Assembly (NCBI GenBank): GCA_024137785.1
Contig: JAHRHZ010000122.1
Coordinates: forward strand, 3,311,227 to 3,375,226
From: Ginglymostoma cirratum
Taxonomy: Eukaryota
DNA: 64,000 nucleotides
Direction: 5' to 3'
The translations under genes were made by a program, and so were the position numbers. The notes beneath the pieces are model-generated. The model made no database searches. It saw nothing but the letters and a program-made list of their open reading frames with translations, and had not been told where the DNA came from. Each line of letters begins with the position of its first letter. The stretch's first letter is position 1. This document shows positions 12,740 through 24,726 of the stretch, in pieces.

Positions 12740-15180
12740 TTCCTGGCATCTAACCTGCCCTTGTAGCCAATGTTTTTATGTGGCAAGTCCATTTGAGTTT
12801 CTGGACAACGGTAACCCCGAGGATGTTGATATTGCACAGTTCAGTAATGGTAACGCAACTGACTGTCAAGGGAAGATGGTTAGATTCACTCTTATTAGAA
12901 ATGGTCATTGCCTGGCATTTATTTGGTACAAATATTACTTCTCACTTCTCAGCCCAAACCTGGATATGGTCCAGATCTTGTTGCATTTGAACATGGAATG
13001 CTTCAGTACCTGAGGAATCGCAAATGGTGCTCAACATTCTGCAGACATTTCCACTCTTGACCTTATGATGGAGGGAAGGTCATTACTGATGCAGCTGAAG
13101 ATGTTTCAGCCTAGATTATTACCCTGAGGGATTTCTGCACAGATGTCCTGGAGCTTAGATGACTAACCTCCAAAACCACAATCGTCTTCCCGTGTGCCAG
13201 CTATCACTCCAACCACTGAGTGTTATCCCCAGTACCCATTGATTCCACTTTTTATAGGGCTCCTTGATGCCACACTCATTCAAACATGGCCTTGATATGA
13301 AGGGCTGTCACTCTCACCTCACCTGTGGAATTAAGCTCCTTTGTTTGAACTAATACTGTAGTGAGGTCAGGAACTGAGTGTCTCTGGGCCTGGCAAAACT
13401 CAAACCGGGTGTCACTGAGCAGCTTACTGCTGAGCAGCTTACTGCTGGGCAGGTGCTGTTTGATAGCACTGCTGATGACACCTTCCATCACTTTACTGAT
13501 GGTCGAGGATAGACTGATGGGATGGTAATTCATGGGTTTGGTTTTGTCTTGCTTTGTGTGTACAGGGCATTCCCAGTGTTGTAAACTCCGAGAAGATGTT
13601 GGCTCATTCTGGAGCACAGGTCTTCAAAACTATTACTGGAATTTTGTCAGGGCCCATAGCCTTTGAAATATCCTGTGCCTACGATTATTTCTTGATATCA
13701 CGCGGAATGAACCAAATTGGCTGAAGAATGGAATCTGTGATGCTCGGAACCCCTGCAGGAGTCCGAGATTGTTGTGAATGCTTCAGCCTTATCTTTCGCA
13801 CTGATGAGCTGGGCTCTTCCATCGTTGAGGTTGAGGATATTTGTGAAGCCTCCACCTCCAATGAGTTGTTTAATTATCCACCACCATTCACGACAGGATG
13901 TGGCAGGACTGCATGGCTTAGATCTGATTCATTGATTGTGGGATTGGTTAGCTCTGTCTGTCACTCGATGCTTATGCTGTTTGGCACACAAGTAGTCCCG
14001 TTGGTAGCTTCACTAGTTGATACCTTATTTTCAGAGACGTCTTGTGCTGCGCTGGTATACCCTTCTGCACTGTCCATTGAACCAGGGTTGATCCCCTAGC
14101 ATGATGGTAATGGTTGAATAGGGGATGTGCCATGCCTTGAGGTTGTAGATTATGTTAGAATACCACTCTGCTGCTATCAATGGCCTACTGTGCCTCATGG
14201 ATACTCAGTCTTGAGTTGCTAGATCTGTTCAAAGTCTGTTTGATTTAGCACGGTGATAGTGCCACACAACACGATGGATGGTATCCTCAGTTTGAAGGCA
14301 GAACTTTGTCTCCACAAAAACTGTGTGGTGGTGACTCTTACTGATACAGTCATGGACTGATACATCTGCAGCAGGCAGATTGGTGAAGATGAGATGAAGT
14401 ATGATTTTCCCTCTTGTCGGTTCCTTCAACACTTGCTGCAGACTCATTTTAGCAGCTATGTCCTTTAGAACGTGACCAGCTCGATCGGTAGCATTTTTGC
14501 CGAGCCACTCTTAGTGGTGGACATTGAAATCCCCCACCCGGAGTTCATTTTATGCCTTTGCCACCCGCAACGCTTTTTCCACGTATTGTTCAATTTGGGG
14601 GAGTACTGATTCATCAGCTGAGGGAGGAAGGTATGTGGTAATCAGCGGGAGCCTTCCTTGCCCATATCTAACCTGAAGCCATGAGACTTCACAGGGTCCG
14701 AAGTCAATGTTGAGGATGCCCAGGGCAACTTCCTCTGGACTGTGCTGCCACCTTTGCTGGGTCTGTCATGAGGATGGGAGAGGACATATCCAGGGATGGT
14801 GATGGTGGTGTCTGGGACATTGTCTGTCAGGTATGATTCTGTGGGTACGACTATGTCAGGCAGTTGCTTAACTAGTTTGTGAGACAGCTCTCCCAATTTT
14901 GGCACTAACCCCAAGATTTGATCAAGGAGAGCTTTGCAGGTTTGATAGGGCTGTTTCTGCTGTTGTCTTTTCCGGTGCCTAGGTCGATACCAGGTGGTCT
15001 GTCCGGTTTCATTTCTTTGTGGAGATTTTTTGTGAGTGATACAACGGAGTGGCTTGCTATGCCATTTCAGAGGGCAGTTGAGAGTCAACCACACTGCAGT
15101 CGGTCTGGAGTAACATGTACCAGGCGAGATTGGCAGATTTCCTTCCCTGGTGGACATTAGTAAGCCAATAGTTTCTGCCT
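12740..15180 (-). mobile_element. Second LINE family (CR1/Jockey group, Zenon-like), decayed, with endonuclease and RT remnants
   Basis: Minus ORFs: PDIVVPTESYL...IPGYVLSH..DRPSKGG (AP endonuclease), EPTRGKIILHLIFTN, NYHPISLSSTISKVMEGVI...VRVTALHIKAMFE (RT). Related 3'-end fragments at about 15320-15930, 28880-29420, 59355-59520 and 60640-60790; its 5' part recurs at about 18570-18720. Confidence 0.8.
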
Positions 15181-16238
15181 GATTCTTTTTTTTTTTGCAA
15201 CTCTCCATTTAGCCCTAAATATCGGGTCCCTGGCTTGGAGCATAAAAAGACTTCAGTTTCCATATTTTCCTGGGTTTTTTTAACTTTCCTTTCTCCCCCC
15301 AGATTAAGAAGTTGTAGCTGCACCAGGATTTGTTGCTTATCCCCAGTTGCGCTCACGAAAGTGGTGGTGAGCTGCCTTTTTGAACAGCTTCAATCTATGT
15401 GGTGCAGATATTACCACAGTGCTGTTAGGATGGAAATTTGAGGATTATGACCAAGCGACAAATGAAGGTATGGCAAGTTCCAAATCAGAATGGAATATGG
15501 CTTGGAGGGAACACACAGGTGGTGGTGAGCCCAAGTGACTGCTGTTCTTGTCTTTCTTGGAAGTCAGTAATTTTGCCATATCAAAGAACTATGGCAAGTT
15601 GGTGCAGTAAATCTTGTATATGGTAATATATTACTACCATTGAGTGCTAGTGGTGAAGGGAGTGAATATTTAAGGTGGTGAGTGGCATGTTGATCAAGTA
15701 AGCTGGATTGTGTTGAGCTCCTTGTGTGCTGTTGGAACTGCCATCATCCAGGTGAATAGAGACTATTCAAACAGATTCTGGACATGTGTCCTGCAGAAGG
15801 TAGGCTGGCTTTGAATTATCAGGAGGTGAATTATTCAAGGCAGAATTCCAAACCTGTGACGTGTCCTTGTCGTCACGGTATTTATATGACGGGTCCAGTT
15901 CAGTTTTCCGATTAAAGGTAACTCCCAGGTAGTCAAGACACTTTCAATAAACTGCTACTAACCAGTATCTGGAATCAAGGACAAAAAACAAGCAGGAGTC
16001 TGACAGTGGATTGCAGCCTAGAATCAACAGAAGGGGCTTGAAACCAAAGAAAACCTGGCAACCAAAAGAAAAATCCTCTGGCATGAAAGAACAATTCATT
16101 AAATTGAGATTGTAAGCAAAGATTGTCAGAGTGAAGATCTGTATCGTAGAAGCTGATTTGATGCAGATGAAAGTTCATCTCATAAAAAAAGAACATCTTC
16201 ACCATACATTTCACTTTCATCGCCAGAAGTAACTGCCA

Positions 16239-16294
16239 TCATAAATCAAAGATCAAAGCTCCCCTGATTCTTTTGGCAAGCGATAATTAATTAA
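16239..16294. promoter_or_regulatory. Candidate Wnt-responsive enhancer motif cluster (tandem TCF/LEF sites, PBX-HOX-like site, homeodomain palindrome)
   Basis: ATCAAAG-ATCAAAG at 16245-16258, TGATTTATGA on minus at 16239-16248, TAATTAATTAA at 16284-16294; a further CCTTTGATC at 17030-17038. Confidence 0.4.
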
Positions 16295-17779
16295 ATTTTT
16301 GCCCACACTGAAAATGCCATGGAAATATTTAATTGTATCTTTTCATTGCTTCCTGACTTTCATGTCCCACAAAAACAATGTGACATTGTCGGATAAGACC
16401 ATCAACAGTGCATTCCCACCTGTGACTGGAGGACTTTGTTGCTCAGGCATGTTCTCTCTTGGTTGACTCACAAAGGCTAGTTTCAAACAACATCAAGTTT
16501 AAATCTTCCCTTTCCGGTTTTTTTTTCTGGCTCCTGGTGAAACTTGAGAGTTTTTTTTAAAAAAAATAGTAACTAAAATGAAATTAGAGTGATAAACCAC
16601 AGGAGGAGGCCATTCAATCCATATGCTTGTTCCATGGTTAGCCATGGGAAACGCAGGGTGAATGGGTATAGGATGGGTCTGAATGGGATGCTCTTCAGAG
16701 CGTAGGTGTGGACTCGATGGGACAAATAACAACTTCCACACTGTAGGGTTTCTATCATGCGTCTCAACTGCCTCCCACATTGTGACACTATTCTTTCCCT
16801 TCTCTTCAATGTCTGATAACTGAAATCCCTCATCCCTGATATCATTTCAGTAAACTATGCACCTGACCCTACCCCATCCTCACCAAGGCCTCGACATCCC
16901 GTCTTAATGTGTAGTCTATAGAATTGGACATAAAGGCTGAAGTCTTACACGACTTATAAAGGCTTGTCAACACTTCCATTGCTCTTGAATTCCAACACTT
17001 CTTATACAACAAAAGATTTTCCACTTGTTCCTTTGATCAGGGTTCCCATCGTAAAATCTGTATTTCCCCACTGTCTTCCGTGAACAATCCTGTCAGACAT
17101 GATTCTAAGACCAGGATGTAGAGGGAGATGGCACACTGAAACATTAATATGTTTCAGGCTGCCTGAGTGGAGTTTTGCTTTCTCCTCGCTGACATGATAT
17201 TACTAGCGTGTGTGACTTACTTGATGCATGCTTCCATCTTCATGGAATCAGAAACAAGAACTTGTGACGGCTAGAAATGAGGAGTGTGGGACCAGACACG
17301 GCTGAAGCATGAAATGGTGCCTGCACTGATTGAATTCACTATTCCTTCCAAAATAACTCAGGCTGTGCTGATTTTAAAATACATGCCCTCCTGTCATAAG
17401 TTCCATCATGTTGTAGTAACCAGCAGAGATAAAAAGCAAATTCTGAGAATCTTAAATAAATGCAGTAAATGCTGTAATAACTGTAGGTCATTCAGTGCCT
17501 TTCGAAGATAGGAATTGAGAGTAGTTTGACATAGAAGTCTGATAAAGATGCTCTGCCATGACGTTAACCTCTCTTCCTCCTCCAGTTGCTGACATCTGTG
17601 CTGGGGACTTCCAGTACACACTGATTCTGCAGACCAAATGCAAAGGTTCTGTGCTTCTGCGAAATAAGAGAAGTAAACAACTGCATTATGTTAGTGTAGA
17701 CAATCCAGGGGAATTCAAATTTGATTAATACATCTGGGGGTAAAAAGTCCTAGTCTCCTTAATGATCATGAAATTCTTT

Positions 17780-18548
17780 GAAATTTGCATCACAGGTGGA
17801 CAGAATGGTAAAGAAGGCGTTTGGCACACTTGCCTTCATTGCTCAGACCTTTGAATATAGGAGGGAGGATTAGGCCCGAAACGTCAGCTTTCCTGCTCCT
17901 ATGATGCTGCTTGGCCTGCTGTGTTCATCCAGCTCTACACCTTGTTATCTTTGAGTATAGGAGTTTGGGATGTTATCTTGAGGTTGTACAGGACATTGGT
18001 GAGGCCTGTTCTGGAGTACTGTGTCCAGTTCTGGTCACCCTGTTGTAGGAAGGATATTGCTAGCCGGAGAGGGTTCAGAAAAGATTTACCAGGATGTTGC
18101 CAGGAATAGAGGGTTTAAGTGACAAAAAAAAGGCTGGGACATTTTTCACTGGAGCGTGGGACGTTGGGGCGAGACCTTATAGAGGTTTATAAGATCATGA
18201 GGGGCATTGGTAAGAACAAAAGCAAGGGTTGTTTCCCTAGGGTGGGAGAGTCAAAACCAGGGGTCATACTCGATGAGAGGAGAAAGTTCTAAAAAGGATG
18301 CAACTTTTAAAAAGGGGCAACTTTTTTCACCCAGGGAATGGTTTGTGTGCGGAATGAACTATCAGGGGAAGTGGTGGGTCCAGGTCCTGTTATAATTCTT
18401 AAAAGATATTTGGGTAAGTACATGGCTCCGAAAGGTTTGGAAGGATACAGGTCAAATGCAGGCAAGTGGGACTAATTTAGTTTGGGAACATGGGCAGCAT
18501 AGACTAGTTGGGTCCAAGGGTGTGTTTGCATGCTGTACGACTCTATGA
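17780..18548 (+). mobile_element. CR1 LINE 3' fragment, interrupted by a Penelope-like insertion
   Basis: [21 protein letters not shown]; CR1-type 3' UTR. Confidence 0.85.
17864..17950 (+). mobile_element. Short Penelope-like terminus (family A) inserted in a CR1 fragment
   Basis: Near-identical to 4930-5010; TSD ttga(a/g)tataggag at 17851-17863 and 17951-17963. Confidence 0.75.
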
Positions 18549-19545
18549 AAGTATCAGATTTCTGTTAAAAACTTATCTGGTTCATTCATGCACATTTGGG
18601 AAGGAAATCTGCCAGCCTCACTTGGTCTGGCCAACATGTGACTCCAGACCCATAGCAACATGGTTGACACTTAACTGCCCTCTGAAATGGTCTATCAGGC
18701 CATTCAGTCCTGTCAAGCCACTACAGAAAGGCAGGGGTGAAGCTGCGCCATACGTTTGCAGTTGGTTTTGAGGCACTTTAGGGCACTTACCCGAATGAAA
18801 TTTGGGGTGGGAAATGCCTTGCCAGCTATGCCGACATATAAACAACATTTTGCTTTTAAAACAACTTTGTGGCCTCTTTTGAGGATCTTATTGGGATGAA
18901 TATGAGAGGTGATATTTGAAGAACAGAGAATTGAGCGATCCAGCCAGGACACAATCTCTCAGCCACCATCGCAAAGAGAAGCCCATGCTCTGATCGCATG
19001 GAAGCTTGATGTGCGCAAATTTGCTGCTGCCTTTCCTACAATGACCACAACGAGCGAGTTCAAAAAAGCACTCATCAGCCACAAAGCGCTTTGAGGTGTC
19101 TTGAAGACAGGAAATCAGGCAGTGAAACGTATCCTGTTCTTTAAGATTTTCTTTTTCCAGCACTGCCTTTAATCACCTCAGTGCACCCGCAATACTTCCT
19201 TTTTTAAAAAACACCGATCAGCATCAATGTATATTGGAAGGACACTCCTCACCTTCCTGCTAATTAATTACAGGGTTTGGGACTGCTGCATCACTGTTTG
19301 AAGTTGAGTTTTGACTTGCGTCTAGCCCACTGTTGATTCAGACAGTAACAAGGGGAAATGAGCAGAAGGGGTGGGTGGATTTAGAATAATTCTCACCCAC
19401 AGGCATCGCAAAAGGAGAAGTGCCTGGAGCGCCCGCTATTCGGAAACGCTTTGTTTCAAGGAGAAATTCAGTTTCTTGTCCCTCCTCACGTCCGGTGACT
19501 GGGAGAAGCACCTCCACACGTCAGAGAGGGTGTGGGCTGCAGCGT

Positions 19546-19553
19546 TATAAGAA
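19546..19553 (+). promoter_or_regulatory. Putative TATA box of DKK4 (TATAAGAA)
   Basis: 140 nt upstream of the ATG within a CpG-containing unique region; CTTTGTT (HMG-box-type site) at 19449-19455 and TAATTAATTA at 19261-19270 lie further upstream. Confidence 0.5.
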
Positions 19554-19685
19554 ACGGTTATCTCCCGAAGAGACAGAGTAAGAGAGACAGGCACTTCGAG
19601 AGGGACTGGTCTCCAATTGCGTTAAAGTGCCTTCTTGCAACCTGCTATAATTGTTGCTGGTTTCTCTGCAACCTCTTTGAACACC

Positions 19686-19805
19686 ATGGGCTGTGCAGTG
19701 GTCCTCCTGCTCCTGTCCTGCCTCTGTTGTAACGTCAGTGCATTGGTGCTCGACTCAAACAACATTAGGAGCTCCACCGAGGTTGGTCAGGGTCCTACAA
19801 AGCAG
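19686..19805 (+). CDS. DKK4: Dickkopf-4 exon 1 (signal peptide and NxI motif): MGCAVVLLLLSCLCCNVSALVLDSNNIRSSTEVGQGPTKQ
   Basis: ATG in strong Kozak context (acaccATGg), hydrophobic signal peptide, ALVLDSNNIRSS closely matching human DKK4 ALVLDFNNIRSS as I recall it; ends CAG|gtgag (phase 0). Confidence 0.93.
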
Positions 19806-20549
19806 GTGAGTTTCTCAGGGGTCCAGAGGGAACACAGCGGGATGTCTCGGGCAAGTGCAGGGGGAAACGGAAGGATGGGTGGGAAACTCAGCGAACCTTA
19901 GCGTCAAAAAGAGGTTTTTAAAAAAAAAACTGATCCAAAGTTGGTTTAAAGTTGACCAGTTCTGCGGTGGCTCAACTCATAGCCGACAAAAATTGATATC
20001 CCCATCAATTGTCCACCTACTAATGACAAAGGCTGAGTCTGATCTGAAGCAGCAATTCGGAGGATATTTAGGTGGGTGGGGAGTTGGGAGGGGTAACAGG
20101 TCCTACTTAATTCCACTGAAACTTCAGCAAGATGAAACTTCCCATCTCCACTGTCAAGGTGGACAGGGCATCAAGTGTGTGAGGAAACCATAGAGGATGC
20201 AGACTTTTCAAATTGATGTCTTGAAGTAGATTTTCAGGTAGACACGTAACAAACGATTGAGAGATGGGCATGAGGTTTTGTTTGGTTTCCGAGCTGGTGT
20301 CAGGCGTGAAAGACACTCGCTGGAATTGCATCACTTGTATTGATCATAACTTTGACGTCCGTGTTAATCTAACAGCACTATTCGAATTGTTGTGAACTCG
20401 AAGCATCAGTGAGATATTGACTGTTCGGTGATAATACTAACTGCAGTGGGACCCCGAATGCATTGTGTAGCCTCACCCTCAATGAAATGACTATTCTGAT
20501 AGCCCTATCCCCCTGTGCTTTTTGACGAATTCTCATGCTCGTAATAATG

Positions 20550-20559
20550 GGAAAACCCC
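20550..20559 (-). promoter_or_regulatory. NF-kB consensus site (GGGGTTTTCC) in DKK4 intron 1
   Basis: Exact match to GGGRNWYYCC on the minus strand, about 750 nt after exon 1. Confidence 0.35.
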
Positions 20560-20972
20560 ACTAATTTCAAGTTCACTTGCAGAAAGAGAGAAAAATATTT
20601 GCTCTCTTACCAGCCTAGAAAATTGGGAGAGAAAATGAAAAGAGAATTGCGGACGGCTGTCAGAATATACATTGCTCGCTCATCATAATCGTGATGATGG
20701 GTCTTCTGCTTAAAGTAGATGGTTGAGATGTTCTTAGCGTTTGGGAAGAGTTCCATTTCAATTTGAAACTCACTGCGCTGTTTCCCCGAAACTTACATTG
20801 CGGCATGAAAACAGCGGCGACGGTGATAAAGATTTCAGCCAAATGGACGTGGAACAGGAACAGGGGAATAAACGAGAGAGTCAGACGAAGTCTCTCTTCA
20901 ATTATTTCCTATCTGTGCAAATACGTTGCTGTCTGATCAAGGAGGTACATATGTGTGGCTGGACGCTTGTTC

Positions 20973-21136
20973 AAAGTCAGAAGTCACACGACATCAGGTT
21001 CCAGTCCAACAGGTTTATTTGAAATCACAAGTTTTCTGAGCGCTGCTCATTCGTCAGGTGACTTCACCTGACTATAACCTGGTGTCGAGTGACTTCTGAC
21101 CTTGTCCGCCCCAGTTCAACACCGGCACCTTCACAT
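20973..21136. mobile_element. Self-inverted Penelope-like terminal repeat, family C
   Basis: Arms gtcagaagtcac...caggtt / aacctg...gtgacttctgac; TSD ga(c/t)gcttgttc at 20962-20972 and 21137-21147; related copy at about 52575-52698. Confidence 0.65.
21021..21065 (-). ncRNA. Type I hammerhead-ribozyme-like motif (family C)
   Basis: Minus strand GAAGUCAC-CUGACGA-A-UGAGC(AGC)GCUCA-GAAA-ACUU-GUGAUUUC: 8-bp stem I (one G-U), 5-bp stem II, intact core boxes. Helix III (AACU) is not self-complementary in this copy. Confidence 0.6.
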
Positions 21137-23231
21137 GATGCTTGTTCCTAAAGAACTCAGTCCAATCCCGACTGGAACAGAGACACTGCACAATTTGTTT
21201 TCGGTAAGTTTGGGAATGGCAGAATTCTATTGGTGCCGACCGTATATGGCTGGAGTTTGACAAGTCATGAGTTGAACTTTTAGGTCAAGGTATTCCGCTC
21301 CCATTCTTGGTCATCCGCCAATGCTGCTTAGCAGTCGAGGTACACTGGGACGGAGATTGATACAACCCCGTCAAGGAAGTAGATGGGATATTGACCAGGT
21401 GATAAAGTTCCTACTAAAATTACTGATGCAACCAGCCCCAAATGCCAGTGTAATAAATTGTGTGAAGCAGATAGATGGTGTGTTGAGCGGCTCAGCTCTC
21501 TCCCAACTTTGATGCCAGTAACTCATTCCCAAGTGAAGATGTGGTCATTCTGGTCATCGACGCCAGGTAGCACATTGGCTTGAACAGTTATAATTCCAGC
21601 ACATGCAGAAAGCCGGATAGCCTACAGTGGTTGTGTTGGTTCAAAAAACGTCATAGTTAGTCTCAAATCCCTGCTTTTGATTTTCATCCGTCAACTTGAA
21701 ACTTGTCCAAGTACCTGTTCAACTTCAACCGTAACATTATTTATTGAAGCAGTTACCACCAACTTCTCCGGTAAAACATTCCAGATCCTCTCAACTGACT
21801 AAAAACATTTCTAGTCTAGATCCTTTGTCAATAAGTTTAACATCTATAACCTCTTGTTGTTAGACCCATTTGTCAGAGGGACAGTAGGGTCTCTGCGCCT
21901 CCTCAATCAAAGCTTCACATAATTTTGAAAACCTTTATTAAGGCTCCTCGAAGCCCTTTCTTCTTCCGAGGAGAACAGTCAAAACTTGTCCAGCCTCTCC
22001 TCGGGAGCATCATCTGTATTTGAGCCCGAACGAAAGGCAGACACACAGAGGCGGAGATGAAGAACACCAACAGCAGGCGGCAAGGTGTTCCAAACAGAAG
22101 GGAGCAATGTGTATGCGTGCGGGAGAGCAGAAACAAGAAATAAAGGGAGCAAGAAAGGGAGGCAACGTGAAGAACAAATCACACAAGTGACAATACCATA
22201 GTCTAGAAAAGAGAATTGGTAAGGATAATACAATTTGGACAAATTCCAGTTAGCTGATTATTTTCAAATTTGTGTAACATACAAGCAGCTTGAATAAATT
22301 AATTCACAACCACTTTAGTTGGAAAATTCAATACAGAAACATAGGTACGGAAATGCCACCAGCTCATCCCTTCCTTATTCAATTCTGTTTCTCTCCATAA
22401 ACGTTACGTGAAGATTCACCTTTAGCCTGTACACCGGTCTTGCGCAACATGAATCCCGCTACAAGACATCGCATAGTCCTCATTTCTAGGGGAAGAGCAA
22501 AAATATCTTCTACAGCAAGTGGGCAGCAGCCACAAGCCAATCTCTCCTTTGGGTCCTATCCCTATCGAATAGCTGATATGGGCATTAAAAATTAAGAACG
22601 ATCAACAATGTGCAACCCTGAGTCACCTCCAGGTTGACACGGACTTGGTTTTCCGGTTTGCGTATCGTGCCGGGCATCGTTGTCAAAAGCAATTCGGCAC
22701 AAAAGGTCCATGCTGGTGTTTGTTCTCTACATTCTTCACTTCACTCCATTCTCAGAAAGCATCATTACGCGTAGGGCAGACCTCTACGACATTGTCTGTG
22801 TGCCAAGTTGACTTGACTCAGAGATCAACTGGTATTGCACGCAGCTGGGGTAAAAAAAATACAGGCTTACGGGATTTCAAGAATAATATGCACTCCCCAT
22901 CTATTTCAATCCCTTCCGGTCAAAACCCTTGTTGTGAGGGGGATCCAAGTAGCTAGAAGTAAAAGGTACTTTTTGATCTCACTGACACGGAACTGGTCCC
23001 AGCATGAGATTCTCCATCTCAGATGTGCTATTAACAAAACGTATCAGTTGTTGTCACTTTTTAACCACACGCATTGCAGTTAAACTCCTCGGAGCACAAT
23101 CCGTGCGAAAGTTGACTAGTCCTTGTAATACCAGAAACATTGACTGAACAGGGTTAAACAGCTGAATGAATTTAGTTGCTGTGGTTAGAACTTGGCACTG
23201 GATCCAGTTGGGCAGGTTGCACAAGCGTAAA

Positions 23232-23250
23232 TAGCACCGCCTAGTGGCTA
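23232..23250 (-). promoter_or_regulatory. CTCF-binding motif in DKK4 intron 1
   Basis: Minus strand reads TAGCCACTAGGCGGTGCTA versus the CTCF consensus TGGCCACCAGGGGGCGCTA; lies in unique CpG-rich sequence. Confidence 0.6.
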
Positions 23251-23479
23251 CAGTTAAACTATCAACAAAAACGCTGCCGCACTATTTACAATGTATCGCA
23301 GTGGGATCTTTACCAACAGCTGAGGGGTCGAACACGTCCTGAGTTGAACGTTACTTACGAAGTCGAGATTCACTGGGTGGACTATCATTTAAATAGGCAC
23401 CGTGGCAGACAGTACAGAAAGTAATAATCTGGATACATTATAGGTCACATTGGAAAATGTGTTTCCCAGGTTACAGAGC

Positions 23480-24400
23480 TATACAGACTTTTACAGGATT
23501 GAAACAGGCCCGTCGGTGCAATTCATCCATGCCGACCAGACATGCTAAACTGATCTAGTCACATTTGGGCCATATCCCTCTTCGTGTACCCATCCAGATG
23601 CCTCTTAAATGGTGTAATTGTACCCGTTTCCACCACTTCCTCTGGTAGCTCATTCTATACACGCACCAACCTCTACTTGAAAAAGTTGCCCTGCAAGCTA
23701 TTTTAAATCATTCCTCTGCCAGCTAAGACCTATGCCCTCTACTTTTAGACTCCCCTCCCCTAGGAAAAAGACCTTGGCTATTCACCGTATCCATGCCGCT
23801 CATGATTTTAAAAACCTCTATAAGGCCACCTTCAGCCTCCAACAGTCCAGGGAAAATAGCCTCAGCCTATTCAGCCTCTTCCTATAGCTCAAACCCTCCA
23901 ATTCCTGCAACATCCCAGTAAATAGTTTCTGAGCCCTTTCAAGTTTAACAATATCTTTCCCATAGCAGGGAGACAACAACTGAACACCGTATTCTAAAAG
24001 TGGCCTCACCAACGTCCTGTAGAACCACAACATGACTTCCCAGCTCCAATACTAAATGCACTGACCAATGAGGGCAAGCATGCCAAATATGTTCTTCACC
24101 ACCCTGTCTACCTGCAACTCCACCTTCAAAGAACTATTCATCTGTATTCCTAGGTCTCTTGGACTGGCACACTCGCCAGGATCCTACCGTAAGTCCTGAC
24201 TGGTTTGCCTTAACAAAAATGTAACACCTCACATTTACCTAAATTAAACTCCATCTGACACGCCTTGGCCCATTGGCCTACTTGTACTCTGAGATAACCT
24301 TCTTTGCTGTCCTCTACACCACCAATTTTAGTATCATCTACAAACTTACTAACCATACCTCCTATGTTCACATACAAATCATTAATATAAATGAGAAAAA
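23480..24400 (-). mobile_element. CR1 LINE 3' fragment in DKK4 intron 1
   Basis: ORF 23818..24033 FYRTLVRPLLEYGVQLLSP...RLRLFSL. Confidence 0.85.
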
Positions 24401-24726
24401 ACTGTTACCTCAACAGGAATTTTGGGCTGAATACTCAGTGATTGGTACTTTCTACTGTTGATAGTCTGATTTTGAAACTGTTGTGACATCCTTTGTAATT
24501 CTCATGTTTTCCTGTTCTCAGTTATCTATTTTAGTTTTGCTAGCACCAAGAACGAAATCCACACCTTTTTCCCCTCTTGAGCAGCAAGTGTGATGAGCCC
24601 AGTACTATCCCCTGCCCATTTCCTTAACTTGGATTCATAGCAAAACCATCAACTCTTGAAGCAAACATTTTGACTGCTTGCTAATTTTCTTTCAGTCCAG
24701 TGATTTGGACCGCCTCAGAGCCAGAA

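Noticed and set aside
13415-13444. 15-bp in-frame tandem duplication (SSKLLSSKLL) in the LINE RT remnant
   Set aside because: Real, but a local slippage event in a dead element with no sign of function.
17406-17621. Minus-strand ORF with QQLEEEERL as a possible exon or GIY-YIG remnant
   Set aside because: Similarity is too weak, and I found no convincing splice sites or partner exons.
1-19400. Exons of the expected upstream neighbour (VDAC3 in mammals)
   Set aside because: No VDAC-like peptide was recognised; the region is almost all repeat-derived. Small exons could have been missed by eye.
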